From Isurus oxyrinchus (taxonomy: Eukaryota): DNA of 64,000 nt. The notes below the pieces were generated by a model. The model had not been told where the DNA came from, made no database searches, and saw only the letters and a program-made list of their open reading frames with translations. Positions 53,201 through 64,000 of this stretch are shown here, piece after piece. A program made the translations under genes and the position numbers. How positions within the stretch are numbered: the first letter of the stretch is position 1; each line of letters begins with the position of its first letter. The DNA lies in NCBI GenBank assembly GCA_026770705.1, contig JANJGN010000049.1, positions 4,278,001-4,342,000 of the forward strand, in the 5' to 3' direction.

Positions 53201-53989
53201 TCTTTATTTGTGGATGTGGTCTTATTTGGAAGGAATCAAAATTAACGTCAATCATTGGCTTGGGGTGAGGCTCATTTGGTGTCACTTCATCTCTGTATCT
53301 AAAGCCATGAACACTGAGGACAAATCTGCATCTCTTATTCCCTGGGCCCCCGGATGTATATTCAATTGTGAGCAAGTAACACATCATTGTAAATACAGAG
53401 CTATTGCAAACAATTTTACATCTTCTTATCAATAATACAACTTACCGTATATAGCCACGTCAACACTTGTTTTAGCACCATACCAGCTATACGATATCTT
53501 ATTAGTAAATGTTAATAACACCTTCTTACAGTTATGTCAAGACAAAAGCTGCCCTCCAAAACATATCTTCTGCTCTACGGATATGGTTCATCAACTGAAC
53601 CAAATCATAGATCGTTTAGTTTTAAGATGAGGTGTCATGTTAAGTTACACTTGCTGAATTCACCTTTTTTGTTTATCCCTTTGAAACTGACAAAGAATCC
53701 CTCATTTGCACAGTTCAAATAAAACAAATATAATTAATTGAACCTAGGCTTCTCGGTACCTTAAAGTAATTAAAGCAAAGCACCGGTTCCTGCTCCCAGC
53801 CTACAATCTATATAGCCTCAGTAGCAGAAACTCAAATTGAGCTGTAAAGATAACATAAATATTATTTCATATCAACAGAAAACCCTATAATATTCGTAGT
53901 ATTATTACTACGAATTATCATTAAAGGCCATTCCATTTGTTCTTACTGTTCTTGTCCTGTGAATGATTAATTCATCTCCTACCACCCTC

Positions 53990-54540
53990 TATCTGCTCCC
54001 CGTAGGCCAGATGTTTCCCTCCTTTTCATATAATTATCCAATCCTATTTTGAATGACTCAATTGTCACGGCCTCCACGACATCCTCACGCAGTCCATTCA
54101 AGGTCCTATCCACTCCCTGCATGAGCAAAAGCATTTCCTCGTGTTGCTAATGCTTATTTTCCCAATTAACGTAAATCTGTGCCCCTTGGTTCTAAATCCT
54201 TCCACCAATTGGACCGTTTTCTACTTTCTACTCTGTCCAGACCCATTTAGATTTTGAATACATCTATAAATTCTGCCTCAACCTTTTCTTCTCTATGGAA
54301 AACACTCCCAATTCCTCTAATCTACCAGTTTAACTGAAGGTCCCCATCCCTGGATCCATTCTCGTGAATATATCCTATTCTCTCACTGATACGTTCACAC
54401 TTTTCCTAAAGAGTGGTGCTCAGAACTGGACGCAAATGCTCATGTTGAGACTTTAACAGTGTTCGAAAAACTATTTGCTTTTGAAATCTGTGCCCCAACT
54501 TATAAAGCCTCAGATACCATATGCTTTATTAACCAGCCTG
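53990..54540 (-). mobile_element. Degenerate CR1 3' fragment
   Basis: aaatctgtgcccctt, ggtgctcagaactggacgca motifs; related pieces at ~55340-55740 and ~57085-57380. Confidence 0.65.
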
Positions 54541-54983
54541 TCAGCACTGACAACAGAGACAGCGCATCGTGTTATGTAAACAGAACATGGACTTGTGCAG
54601 CATTCACTGTGATCTCCTCTAGCTTAATATAAACATGGCAGGGTCAACTCAAGGAATAACCGAGGGAAAGCCTCGTGTAATGCAAACAGACACATGTTCC
54701 AGTTTAGGAAAGGTAGACATTGTACAAGGCATTAATAATTGGGACATGAAGTTTTGTCATATTAGCTGAGACATGGTTCCGTGCAGTCATAACTGAGTGT
54801 CTCAGAACAGAAAGAGGGCCTTGGTTGAGTATGCTAACAGCAGAGATTGGGCCGAATGCAGAAATAAGTGAGGCATAGCCTCCTCTAATATAATCAATGA
54901 CATGACCGAGTGTTATTTAAACAGGCACGGGGTCTAGTTTGATATGAGAGGAGACAGTGCCAATGCAGCAAGCATTGAGAAAT

Positions 54984-55212
54984 CCAAAACAAAAACAGAA
55001 TTACCTGGAAAAACTCAGCAGGTCTGGCAGCATCGGCGGAGAAGAAAAGAGTTGACGTTTCGAGTCTTCATGACCCTTCGACAGAACTCATGAAGACTCG
55101 AAACGTCAACTCTTTTCTTCTCCGCCGATGCTGCCAGACCTGCTGAGTTTTTCCAGGTAATTCTGTTTTTGTTTTGGATTTCCAGCATCCGCAGTTCTCT
55201 TTGTTTTTATTT
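54984..55212. mobile_element. Foldback Penelope-terminal mini-element; ~95-bp arms, 14-nt loop; 14-bp TSD
   Basis: Arms ~54979-55073 and 55088-55182. TSD AAGCATTGAGAAAT at 54970-54983 and 55213-55226. Complete hammerhead-like motif on the minus strand at 55049-55089. Confidence 0.93.
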
Positions 55213-58029
55213 AAGCATTGAGAAATGCCTGCTCACGCAATTTGAACAATCACGGTTTCGGTTCCCTCCGCTGGACAAACCTTGCTATTGCAGATGCTGT
55301 GAAAATGCTGACTTAATTTACTGTATCTGATATCAATCATAGAATTGAAGAATTCTTACAGAAAAGTAAGAGGCCATTTTTCTGACCCGTGCTAACCTTC
55401 TAAAGGAGCAATTGACCTAGTTCCACTCTTTTCCCTCTAGTCGAGCATTTTTTCCCTTTTCCGAAAAAGATGCACTTTATTTTTGAAAGCATCAATTGAA
55501 TCTGCCTCCACCACACACTCAGCCTGTCCACTCCAAATCCTAACCACTCACTGCGCGAAACAAATTTATTTTTAAATGTCGCCGTTGCTTCTTTTACTGA
55601 TTATCTTAAATCTGTGCCCTCTTGTTCTCGAATCTTCCACCATTGGGAACATTTTCTCCCTGCCTACTCTGTCCGGACCGTCATGATTTAGGACAACTTT
55701 AACAAATCTCCTTTCCAATAGGGTATGGCAAGAGAAGAGAACGCTAATATGCTTGTGTTGTGGATACAAAATAATAACATATATGGTGAGTGAAAATGAG
55801 ATCCAGTGAGGGCATCACAACTGATGCTTGGCGGTCTATAAGTGCGGTAAATATGTACTTTTGTTTCATCTTCTATGAAACAGGAAACAGTTCGCATATA
55901 CATTTGATCCGCAAATTAGACCATAGGACTTTCAGTGGCAAATTGCTACATGTATTACGTTAGCACCAGCATGGTTGATGAAGAGCTGTGGAAGTTCAGC
56001 TGAATCACTCCACGGCCCAGATAAGATATATCCGAGGATTTTTATGGAAATAAGCGAGAAATCTGCAGGTTCTCAGTCATAAATCTGTGAAAAATGATTG
56101 AATTCTGCAAAGGCGCCTGGCGAACAGATAAAATAAATGCAGCATTCATTGTTCTTTGGTAAAATGTTCGCAAAAGTGAGTCAGGAAATCACAGACCATG
56201 AGTTACCCCTCGTAAACCAATATCAACGGAATGTTTATGGGGCATGTGGAGAGAAGGAGAACCTTTCATTGTAGCCAGTAAGTATCCATGAAGGGAAGGA
56301 CTTGCTTATCTAGCTGACTGATCACTTTGAACATGAGCAAAACGAGCTTCATGGGGCAAGATAGACAGTGGATGTGATGCATTTGGATTCCTGCAGGTTT
56401 TCTAAACAGTTCCTCTGGAAAGGTTGGGAACCTGGAAGAAATATCACCACAATCAGAGGGAGGACAGCAAGGGAATCGGAATTAGTTGACTGATAGATTC
56501 CAGATTGTAATGATACAGGGATTGTATTCGGACAGGAAGGATATTAACGCTGGAATCCCACATTGTTCTGTTTCATTCCTCATTAGTTTAAGATGATAAT
56601 AAATGAAGCCAGAAGATCAATGCTTAAAACTGCAGCGGGGGAAAAGGCCAATGAAGATCATAGGTGCACATCTGATCAGGGTAAGCTATGTGCGGAATTA
56701 AATACGTGAAAAATAGGCAGAAAGGCAGTGGATAACATTCCTCGGAGAGGAATTCAAAATTTGCCACATGGAGATAAGGAATTAAGGAAGGAAATATCAC
56801 ATATGCAAAAAATTAACCTGTATGGAAAAAGAAAAATAAACTGTGGTTTCTGACTGACATGATTTGATTATCTTTCAACAATAAGCAAAGCAAACGAGGC
56901 CCTGGGACGGACACAGATTCCCTCTCTCCACGCTTCCTGACGCCTTCCCCGGCATAGTGCCAGCCTTGCCGCCTTCCAGCCTGCCTCTAATGGACCTGGA
57001 AAGTTCAGGTTAATATTCCAATGGGTGTTCGATCTATGGATCAGACTCTCGAAAGCATGGAAGCCGTTAACATTGATTCTTACAGGAAAACAAGAATAGG
57101 AGCAGGAGTAGGCGGAATGGCCGTCGATCTGCTCTGTCATTCTGAACATGGTCTTCAACTCCATGTTTCCGCCGTTTGCCCATATCCCTAAAATCCCCGA
57201 CGCACTGTAACTCTGCCTATCCCGAACTAAAGTGGATGGAGAATCCAGAGCTCTCTGAGGTAGAGAATTCCAAAGGTTCACAACACTTTGAGTGAAGTAA
57301 TTTCTCCTCATCTCAGTGCAAAATGTTCGGCCCCTTATCCAGAGACCGTTCCCCCATGTTTTAGATTGTCTGACCAGGCTGTACAGATGTGAAAATAAAT
57401 TCTCTCCCATATATTGTTTGTGTTTGATATGTATAATTTCCCCACTAGGACAAAGAATGTGAAAAATTGAGAACATTATCTTGGAGACATAAGTGGTAAA
57501 AAACAAAAGCTTTAACAAGATCCAATGTGTCGGGTTGAACATTGACAATGTATTGCAGAGGAATTACAGAATACAGCAAAGTTTAAATACTCCCATTGTG
57601 AATGAGATTAGAGTCTGATAACTGCTCCAAATGTGCACATTGCATTCTGAAATAACTCCCAACAACAAGCTCCAGCCAATACCTCCAATGGCGAATGATG
57701 AGAGAGTTCATGTACAGGGTCAGGTGGTAAAAGAGCGAACGCTGCTGCAAAATTCAATCCGACACAGTATTGTTCCATATTCATAATTCATCAGTATGTT
57801 TTCAAATGCAACCATGCAGTAACTGAACTTCTCTGAGGCTGGCAAACAGCAGTGCCTGTAGTGGCGGTGAGTTGCCAGCAGAGGGTGGGGTTGTATCACT
57901 TTAATCATAAGACAATGAAACGGGTTTGAGACGAGGCTTGGACCCTTTTAATTCATTCACGCGGTACTCTTTGCCATTGAGTAAGTCCACTTATATAAAA
58001 TTCTTCAACTGAAACACTTGCATCATGTA

Positions 58030-58710
58030 TCATAAATGCATCGTCAGCATCCTGGGGGTTACCATTGACTAGAAGCTAAACTGGGCTAACCATATAAATA
58101 TTGTGGCCACAAGAGCAGGTCAGAGAGGCTGGGAATTGTGCGACGAGTAACTCACCTCCTGACTCCCCAAAGCCTGTCCACCATCTAAAGGCACAAGTCA
58201 GGAATGTGATGGAGTACTCTCCTCTTGCCTAGATTTGTGTAGCTCCTAAACACTAACACAAGAAGCTTGACACCAAAGCATCTCACTTGATTGGCACCCC
58301 ATCCACAAACATTCACTCCCTCCACCACCGACGTACAGTAGCAGCAGCGTGTACCATCTACAAGATGAACTGCAGGAATTCATCAAGGCCCCTTCGACAG
58401 CAACTTCCAAACCCATGACCACAACCACATAGAAGGACAAGGGCAGCAGACACATGGGAACACCACCACCTGGAAATTCCCCTCCAAGTAAGTCAGCATC
58501 CTGACTTGGAATTATATATCCGTTCCTTCAATGTATCTGGGTCAAAAGCCTGAACTCCCTCCCTAACAGCACTGTGGGTGTACCTACACCACATGAAGTG
58601 CAGCGGTTCAAGAAGGCAGCTCACCACCACCTTGTCAGGGGCAACTAGGGAAGGGCAATAAATGCTGTCCCAGCCAGTGATGCCCACATCCTGTGAAATG
58701 AATTAAACAT
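58030..58710 (+). mobile_element. 3' portion of the second LINE family
   Basis: Reverse-complement match to 60180-60980; ends aagaaggcagctcaccaccacctt..gggcaataaatgctg. Confidence 0.8.
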
Positions 58711-60179
58711 GCCTAAGTACCAATAAATCGACAAATATCCCAGATTTATGATGTCACTGCAGTCGCATTACTGTTAGGAAGTTAATGGTGTTCCATGTAC
58801 GGGTCACTGATATGGGTCTGCAGTGTGAATAACCAGCAAACTGAGAGCCTGGTCACCCCCTGCTCACTACATGAATATCAGGATCACAGCTCCAGTTTAC
58901 TGACCACCGCTCCGGGCCGTGGGGGGCTCAGTGGTGTCCAGGGCAGACTGAGGGGGATCGGAGGTTAGCCTGACAGATCACAACCCCCTTGGGAATGAAC
59001 TCTTTCTCACCAGTCTTCCCCTCTTTCAGTGTGATTCCTGGCGAAGAGGACAATCTGAAGACCAGTGAGCCTCGATTTATCCTGAACGAATGTGTCTGCC
59101 ATCATATGGTCTTCGAATTCGTCACCATTCACTTGTGCTTGAACTTGACCTTGGGCGACTGCTGGTGAAATGCAGAACGGAACCTCTTCTGCCCCATCGG
59201 CATCCGCCCGCCAACATAAACTCTTCTCAGTCAAATATGTCTAACAGCCGAGCATTTGCCATGTACCATACATTCTCTCCTTAAAGCATTCAGGGCTCAT
59301 ATTTGTCACCAGGTCAGTTCATATTTTTTTTAAGTTTCGTAATTCGCTGCCCTCCATTTGTCCCTTTGTTCTATTTTCGTTCAAGGTGACCAGTTGAAAC
59401 GACCTGAATGGCGATGGGCTGATCTGAATGACCATGTCCATCATTTCTGATATTACTCACGTGCTCTCTCCCTCTCACTGCCTGAACCTGTTCCCACATT
59501 TCCCATTATTGTTGGGCTCATCCTGGGACACTGTAGCCATTTGCGAGACATGAGATTTTGGAATTTTTTTAATGCTTTAATCTTTCCTAAATATTAAAGA
59601 TTTTCATTGAAGTATCTTGTCTTTAGACCCGGAAATGTTTTACTCAGTGCAATTTGAGTGTGATGTAGTCTGTCAGATCCTCAAATTATTGCTTTAGCCT
59701 TTGTTATTCTACCGAGGATGATGTCCGGATTGAAGCCCTAGGCCCAATAGGGCTGTTTGGTTTTCCTCTATGGTTTGTGGACATCACTGGCAAGGCCAGC
59801 ATTTTCTGTCCATTCCTAATTGCCATTGAACTCAGTGGCCTGCTGGGGCAAATTTCATGGGGCATTTAAGAGTCAGCCACATTTACGGTGGGTCCGAGTA
59901 CATGTAGGCCAGACCGGGTAAGGACAACAGATTTCCTTCCCGAAAGGACAGTAGTGAGTCAGATGGGTTTTTACAACAATCGATGAGTTTCATTGGCGCC
60001 ATTACTGAGACGAGCTTCATTTTCTAGATTTGGTGAATTTAAATTCCACGAACTGCTGCAGTGGGATTTGAACCAATGAGCATTAGCCTGGCTCTCTGGA
60101 TTACAAATCCTCCATCTCCCTGAGGTGGAATTCAGAGGAGGGGGGAGGATTCAGAACCATGAGACATGGTGAGGGGGCA

Positions 60180-61850
60180 TTTTTTTATGTTTGCAGGATG
60201 TGGTCTTCACTGCCTGGGCCAGTGTTTATTGCCCATCGCTAATTACCCTTGAAGGTGGTGATGAGCCACTGCCTTGAACAAAGGTCAGCATTTGCTGTCC
60301 ACCCTAATTGTGAGGGTTATGTCAGGGGATAGTTAAGTGTCAACTACACTTGCAGTGGGTCTGGAGTCACATGTAGACTAGGTGAGAATGGCAGGTTTCT
60401 TTCCCTAAAGGGGAAATGAAACCACTCCTTGTGGTGTAGATACATCCACACTGCTGTTAGGTAGTTCTGGGATTTTGACCCAACGACAGTGAAGGAATGT
60501 TGATATATTCCCAAGTTAGGATGATGAGTGACTTGGAGGGGAACTTCCAGGTGGTGGTGTTCCCATGTGTCTGCTGCCCTTGTCCTGCTAGATGGCAGGC
60601 TGTGGGTTTGGAAGCTGCTGTTGAAGGAGCCTTGGTGATTTTCTGCAGTGCATCTTGTAGATGGTACACACACTGCTGCTGCTGTGCATCGCTGGTGGAG
60701 GGACTGAATGATTGTGGATGTGGTGTCGTTCAAGTGGCTGCTTTGTCCTGGATCGTGTCTAGATTCTTGAGTGTTGTGGGAGCTGCACTCATCCAGGCAA
60801 GTGGGGAGTATTCCATCACACTCCTGACATGTGCCTTGTAGATGGTGGACAGGCTCTGGGGAGTCAGGAGGTGAGTTACTTGTCACAGGATTCCCATCCT
60901 CTGACCTGCTCTTGCAACCAGAGTATATATATGGCTCGTCTAATTCAGTTTCTGGTCAATGGTAAACCCCCCCCCCCCTCCCCCGATGTTGATAGCGGGG
61001 GATTCAGTGATAGTTATGGCATTAAATGTCAAGGGGCGATGGTTGGATTCTCTCTTGTTGGACAGCGTGATTGTCTGACACTTGTATGGTGTGATTGTTA
61101 CTTCCAACCTGTCAGCCCAAGCCTGGATATTGTCCAGGTCTTGCTGCATTTGGACATGGGCTGCTTCAGTATCTGAGGAGTTGTGAATGCTGCTGAATAT
61201 TGTGCAATCAGCAGAGAACATCTCCACTTCTGACCTTATGATGGAAGGAAGGTCATTGAAACAGCTGACGATGGTTGGGCCGAGGACACTGCACTGAGGA
61301 ACTTCTGCAGTGATGTACTGGAGCTGCGATGACTGACCTCCAACAGCCACAGCCATCTTCCTTTGTGCTAGGTATGAATCAAACCAGCAGAGAGTTTTCC
61401 CCCAGATTCCCATTGACTCCAGTTTTGGTTGCCACACTTGGTCAAATGCTGCCTTGATGTCAGCGGCAGTCATGCTCACCTCGAGTTCAGCTCCTTTGTC
61501 CATGTTTGAACCAAGGCTGTAATGAGGTCAGGAGCTGAGTGGCCCTGGCAGAACCCGAACTGGGCATCAGTGAGCAGTTTATTACTAAACGAGTGCCACT
61601 TGATAGCACTGATGACCTCTTCCCGTTACTTTACTGATGATCGAGAGTAGACTAATGGGGTGGTAATTGGATGGCTTGGATTTGTCCTGCTTTATGTGTT
61701 TTGGGCAAATTTTCCACATAGCCGGGTAGATGCCAATGTTGCAGCTGTACTGGAACAGCTTGGCTAGGGGCACAGCAAGTTCTGGAGCACAGGTCTTCAG
61801 TTTTAGTGCCGGAATATTGTCAGGGCCCATAGCCTTTACAGTACCCATTG
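60180..61850 (-). mobile_element. Second-family non-LTR retrotransposon RT remnant with 3' end
   Basis: KAMGPDNIPALKLKTCAPELAVPLAKLFQ..NYHPISLLSIISKV; DIKAAFDQVW..VPQCSVLGP..MFSADCT. Confidence 0.88.
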
Positions 61851-64000
61851 CCTCTTGGGTGAGGAGTGGCAGCGGAGTGGGGAGGTGGGGCGATGAGTGT
61901 TTTGACACAGCCAGTGGTAATGACCAGGATCTCGCTTCTCACCAAGGTGATCCAGATGGAAATGATTGATTTCTAAATGAAACTGGGCCCTTGAGGCAAG
62001 GCAGCTCTCTGGGCGATAGCAACTGCAAGGGAATGAATGGGGTTACTTTGTGAGAGCTGTCATACAATGGGCTGAATGGCCTTCCGCTGAAGCATAAAGG
62101 ACTGACTCCAGGTGGGAAGACGAGGTTGTGTCAAAGGTTTACGAATGAACTGATTCTCCGCTGTACTAACTTGGCCTAACACTCGTGTGTCTCTCTGAAG
62201 CCAGGAACGATCATTTTCCCTGGTGAGGGGCCATCGTGTTCGATGTTGGGGATCAGCGAGACCCTAATGTAAGAGTTGGAGTGACCCTGACTTAGAGTCA
62301 AAGTCAACAGGGCTGAGCGACATTGAATGTCGGATATCGCTGATTTTTTTGTGCCTAACATTTAGCATGTTGCGGGGGGAGATAGTGTCCTCATGGTAAT
62401 GTTGGAATTGATTAATACAGCCTGGAATTATAAAGCTAGTCGCCATACTGGTGACCAGGACAATTATAACTAACTATAACTTTTAAAGAATCATCAGGTT
62501 CACTAATGTCCCTTTCGGGAAGGAAATCTGCCGTCCTTAAACGGACTGGCCTACATATGACTCCAGACCCAGAGCAAGTAGTTGACTCTTAAATGCCCTC
62601 TGGAATGGCCGAGCCCGCCACTTGGTTCGAGGACAATTAGGGATGGGCAACAAATGCTGGCCTTGCCAGTAAAACCCACGTTCTGTGGGGATGTTCTGCC
62701 ATGTCTCTTACAATATATTCTGCTACGCTTAGGTTTTAAATCTTCAGCAATCTTAAATCTTTCCCCCTCCATATTCGCCCCTCCCCCCAACACCACGTGC
62801 TGTTTACCCAATAATTGGTACATTTCCACATCGCCAAGTACAAATCCGTATTGGAAGCTTAAATAAGCCGGCCCTAAATATATTTTTCAGTTGAATACAT
62901 TGTACTTTCTACACCCGCTGCATATGAATTACATTGTCCACCAACTGCAATTGATCACTTTGTCCCTTCCAAACCAGTCTCCCACCTTTTTTACAAAAGG
63001 TTGATTGTATTTGTTGATTTTATTTTGTATCAAACTGAGTTTGCAGAAACTACATCGAGAAACAGTTTTGCTTTAATGAGGTATAAAACTGACTATTAAT
63101 TCATCTTCAGCTTTATTTCAGTGGTTACAGAAACTAACTGGTGAGACAGGTTGTTATTACTGCAGTCAGAAGCATTTTCAGAAGCCATCTGCTAGTAGGT
63201 TTCAAGTTATTTTGACTAATTCCTTCCTTACAACACGGTTTGGAATTGCATTGCAGCCTTAAACTAAACATAAACACGAGTGTATAATGAGTGTGCAGAA
63301 GACGGGTGCAGTATTCAGTCGTGTATCATCGATGCACGGTTTTCATGCTGGAACCACCCATCATTCTAGCTTTGGTCTGGCAGATGGAAGTGACTTCCTG
63401 AATGTAAATGTGTACAGCAGGAAGCTGACTTAACCATTGTCACCTGGAGCCACTAAATTAACTGGAAGAAAGAGAGAAGGACGTAAAGCAAAAGTAGAGA
63501 ATAAACTCGAAGAAACGGCATTTTATTGATCAGAGTTTTACATTTTGCAGCGTTGATGTTTAAAATAATGAAACCCTTGTTACCATCCAAAGATATAGTG
63601 GAATTAGTCTGGGAGCTCAGATGAATCAAGTTAATATTTAATCATTAATAACATTTCGAATTAGAATCCATCAGGAACAAGAAATCGAAAACGATTGAAG
63701 GAACTCTGTAAGTTTCAAATGGATTGCAATAGTCAGTTGTACAAATCTAAATAACAGACCTTCAGGAAGAGAAAAGAAGGAAGAAAGCTTGAGGAATATT
63801 TGATGGAAATCTGTCAGGGCCAGTGAATGTGGAGGGGCAGGAACAGATGGAATTAATTGAGGAGCTTCAAAACGAGGCAGAAGCCCTAAATATTCTTATT
63901 TCCTTGTTCCAGATTGTCAACAATGCCTCAATCTTTAATTAGAAATAAAAACAAAATACTAAGGAGGCTGGAAACCTGAAACAAAAGCAGAAAATGCTGG

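Overview
Cartilaginous-fish (shark; constant domains look Heterodontus-like from recall) genomic DNA. Bases 36-13813 hold one unrearranged immunoglobulin heavy-chain minilocus on the minus strand: leader-V-D1-D2-J-CH1-CH2-CH3-CH4/secretory tail, with a 23 | 12/22 | 12/12 | 23 RSS layout. Any TM exons would lie beyond the left edge. D, J and C are IgM (mu) type, but the leader and V look IgW type, so this may be a germline chimeric cluster. All exon frames are open, but there are two cis lesions: the CH3 splice acceptor is AC, and the D1 3' heptamer is CAGGGTG. The remaining ~50 kb is repeat-rich: CR1-like, RTE-like and other LINE fragments, SINEs, a ~12 kb 54-bp (2x27) satellite with higher-order repeats, and a Penelope-like retroelement. 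Three young ~200-250 bp foldback insertions are built from the Penelope terminal repeat, carry hammerhead-ribozyme-like motifs and have 13-14 bp target-site duplications; one sits in the J-C intron. No database searches were run, so family assignments rest on motif recognition.
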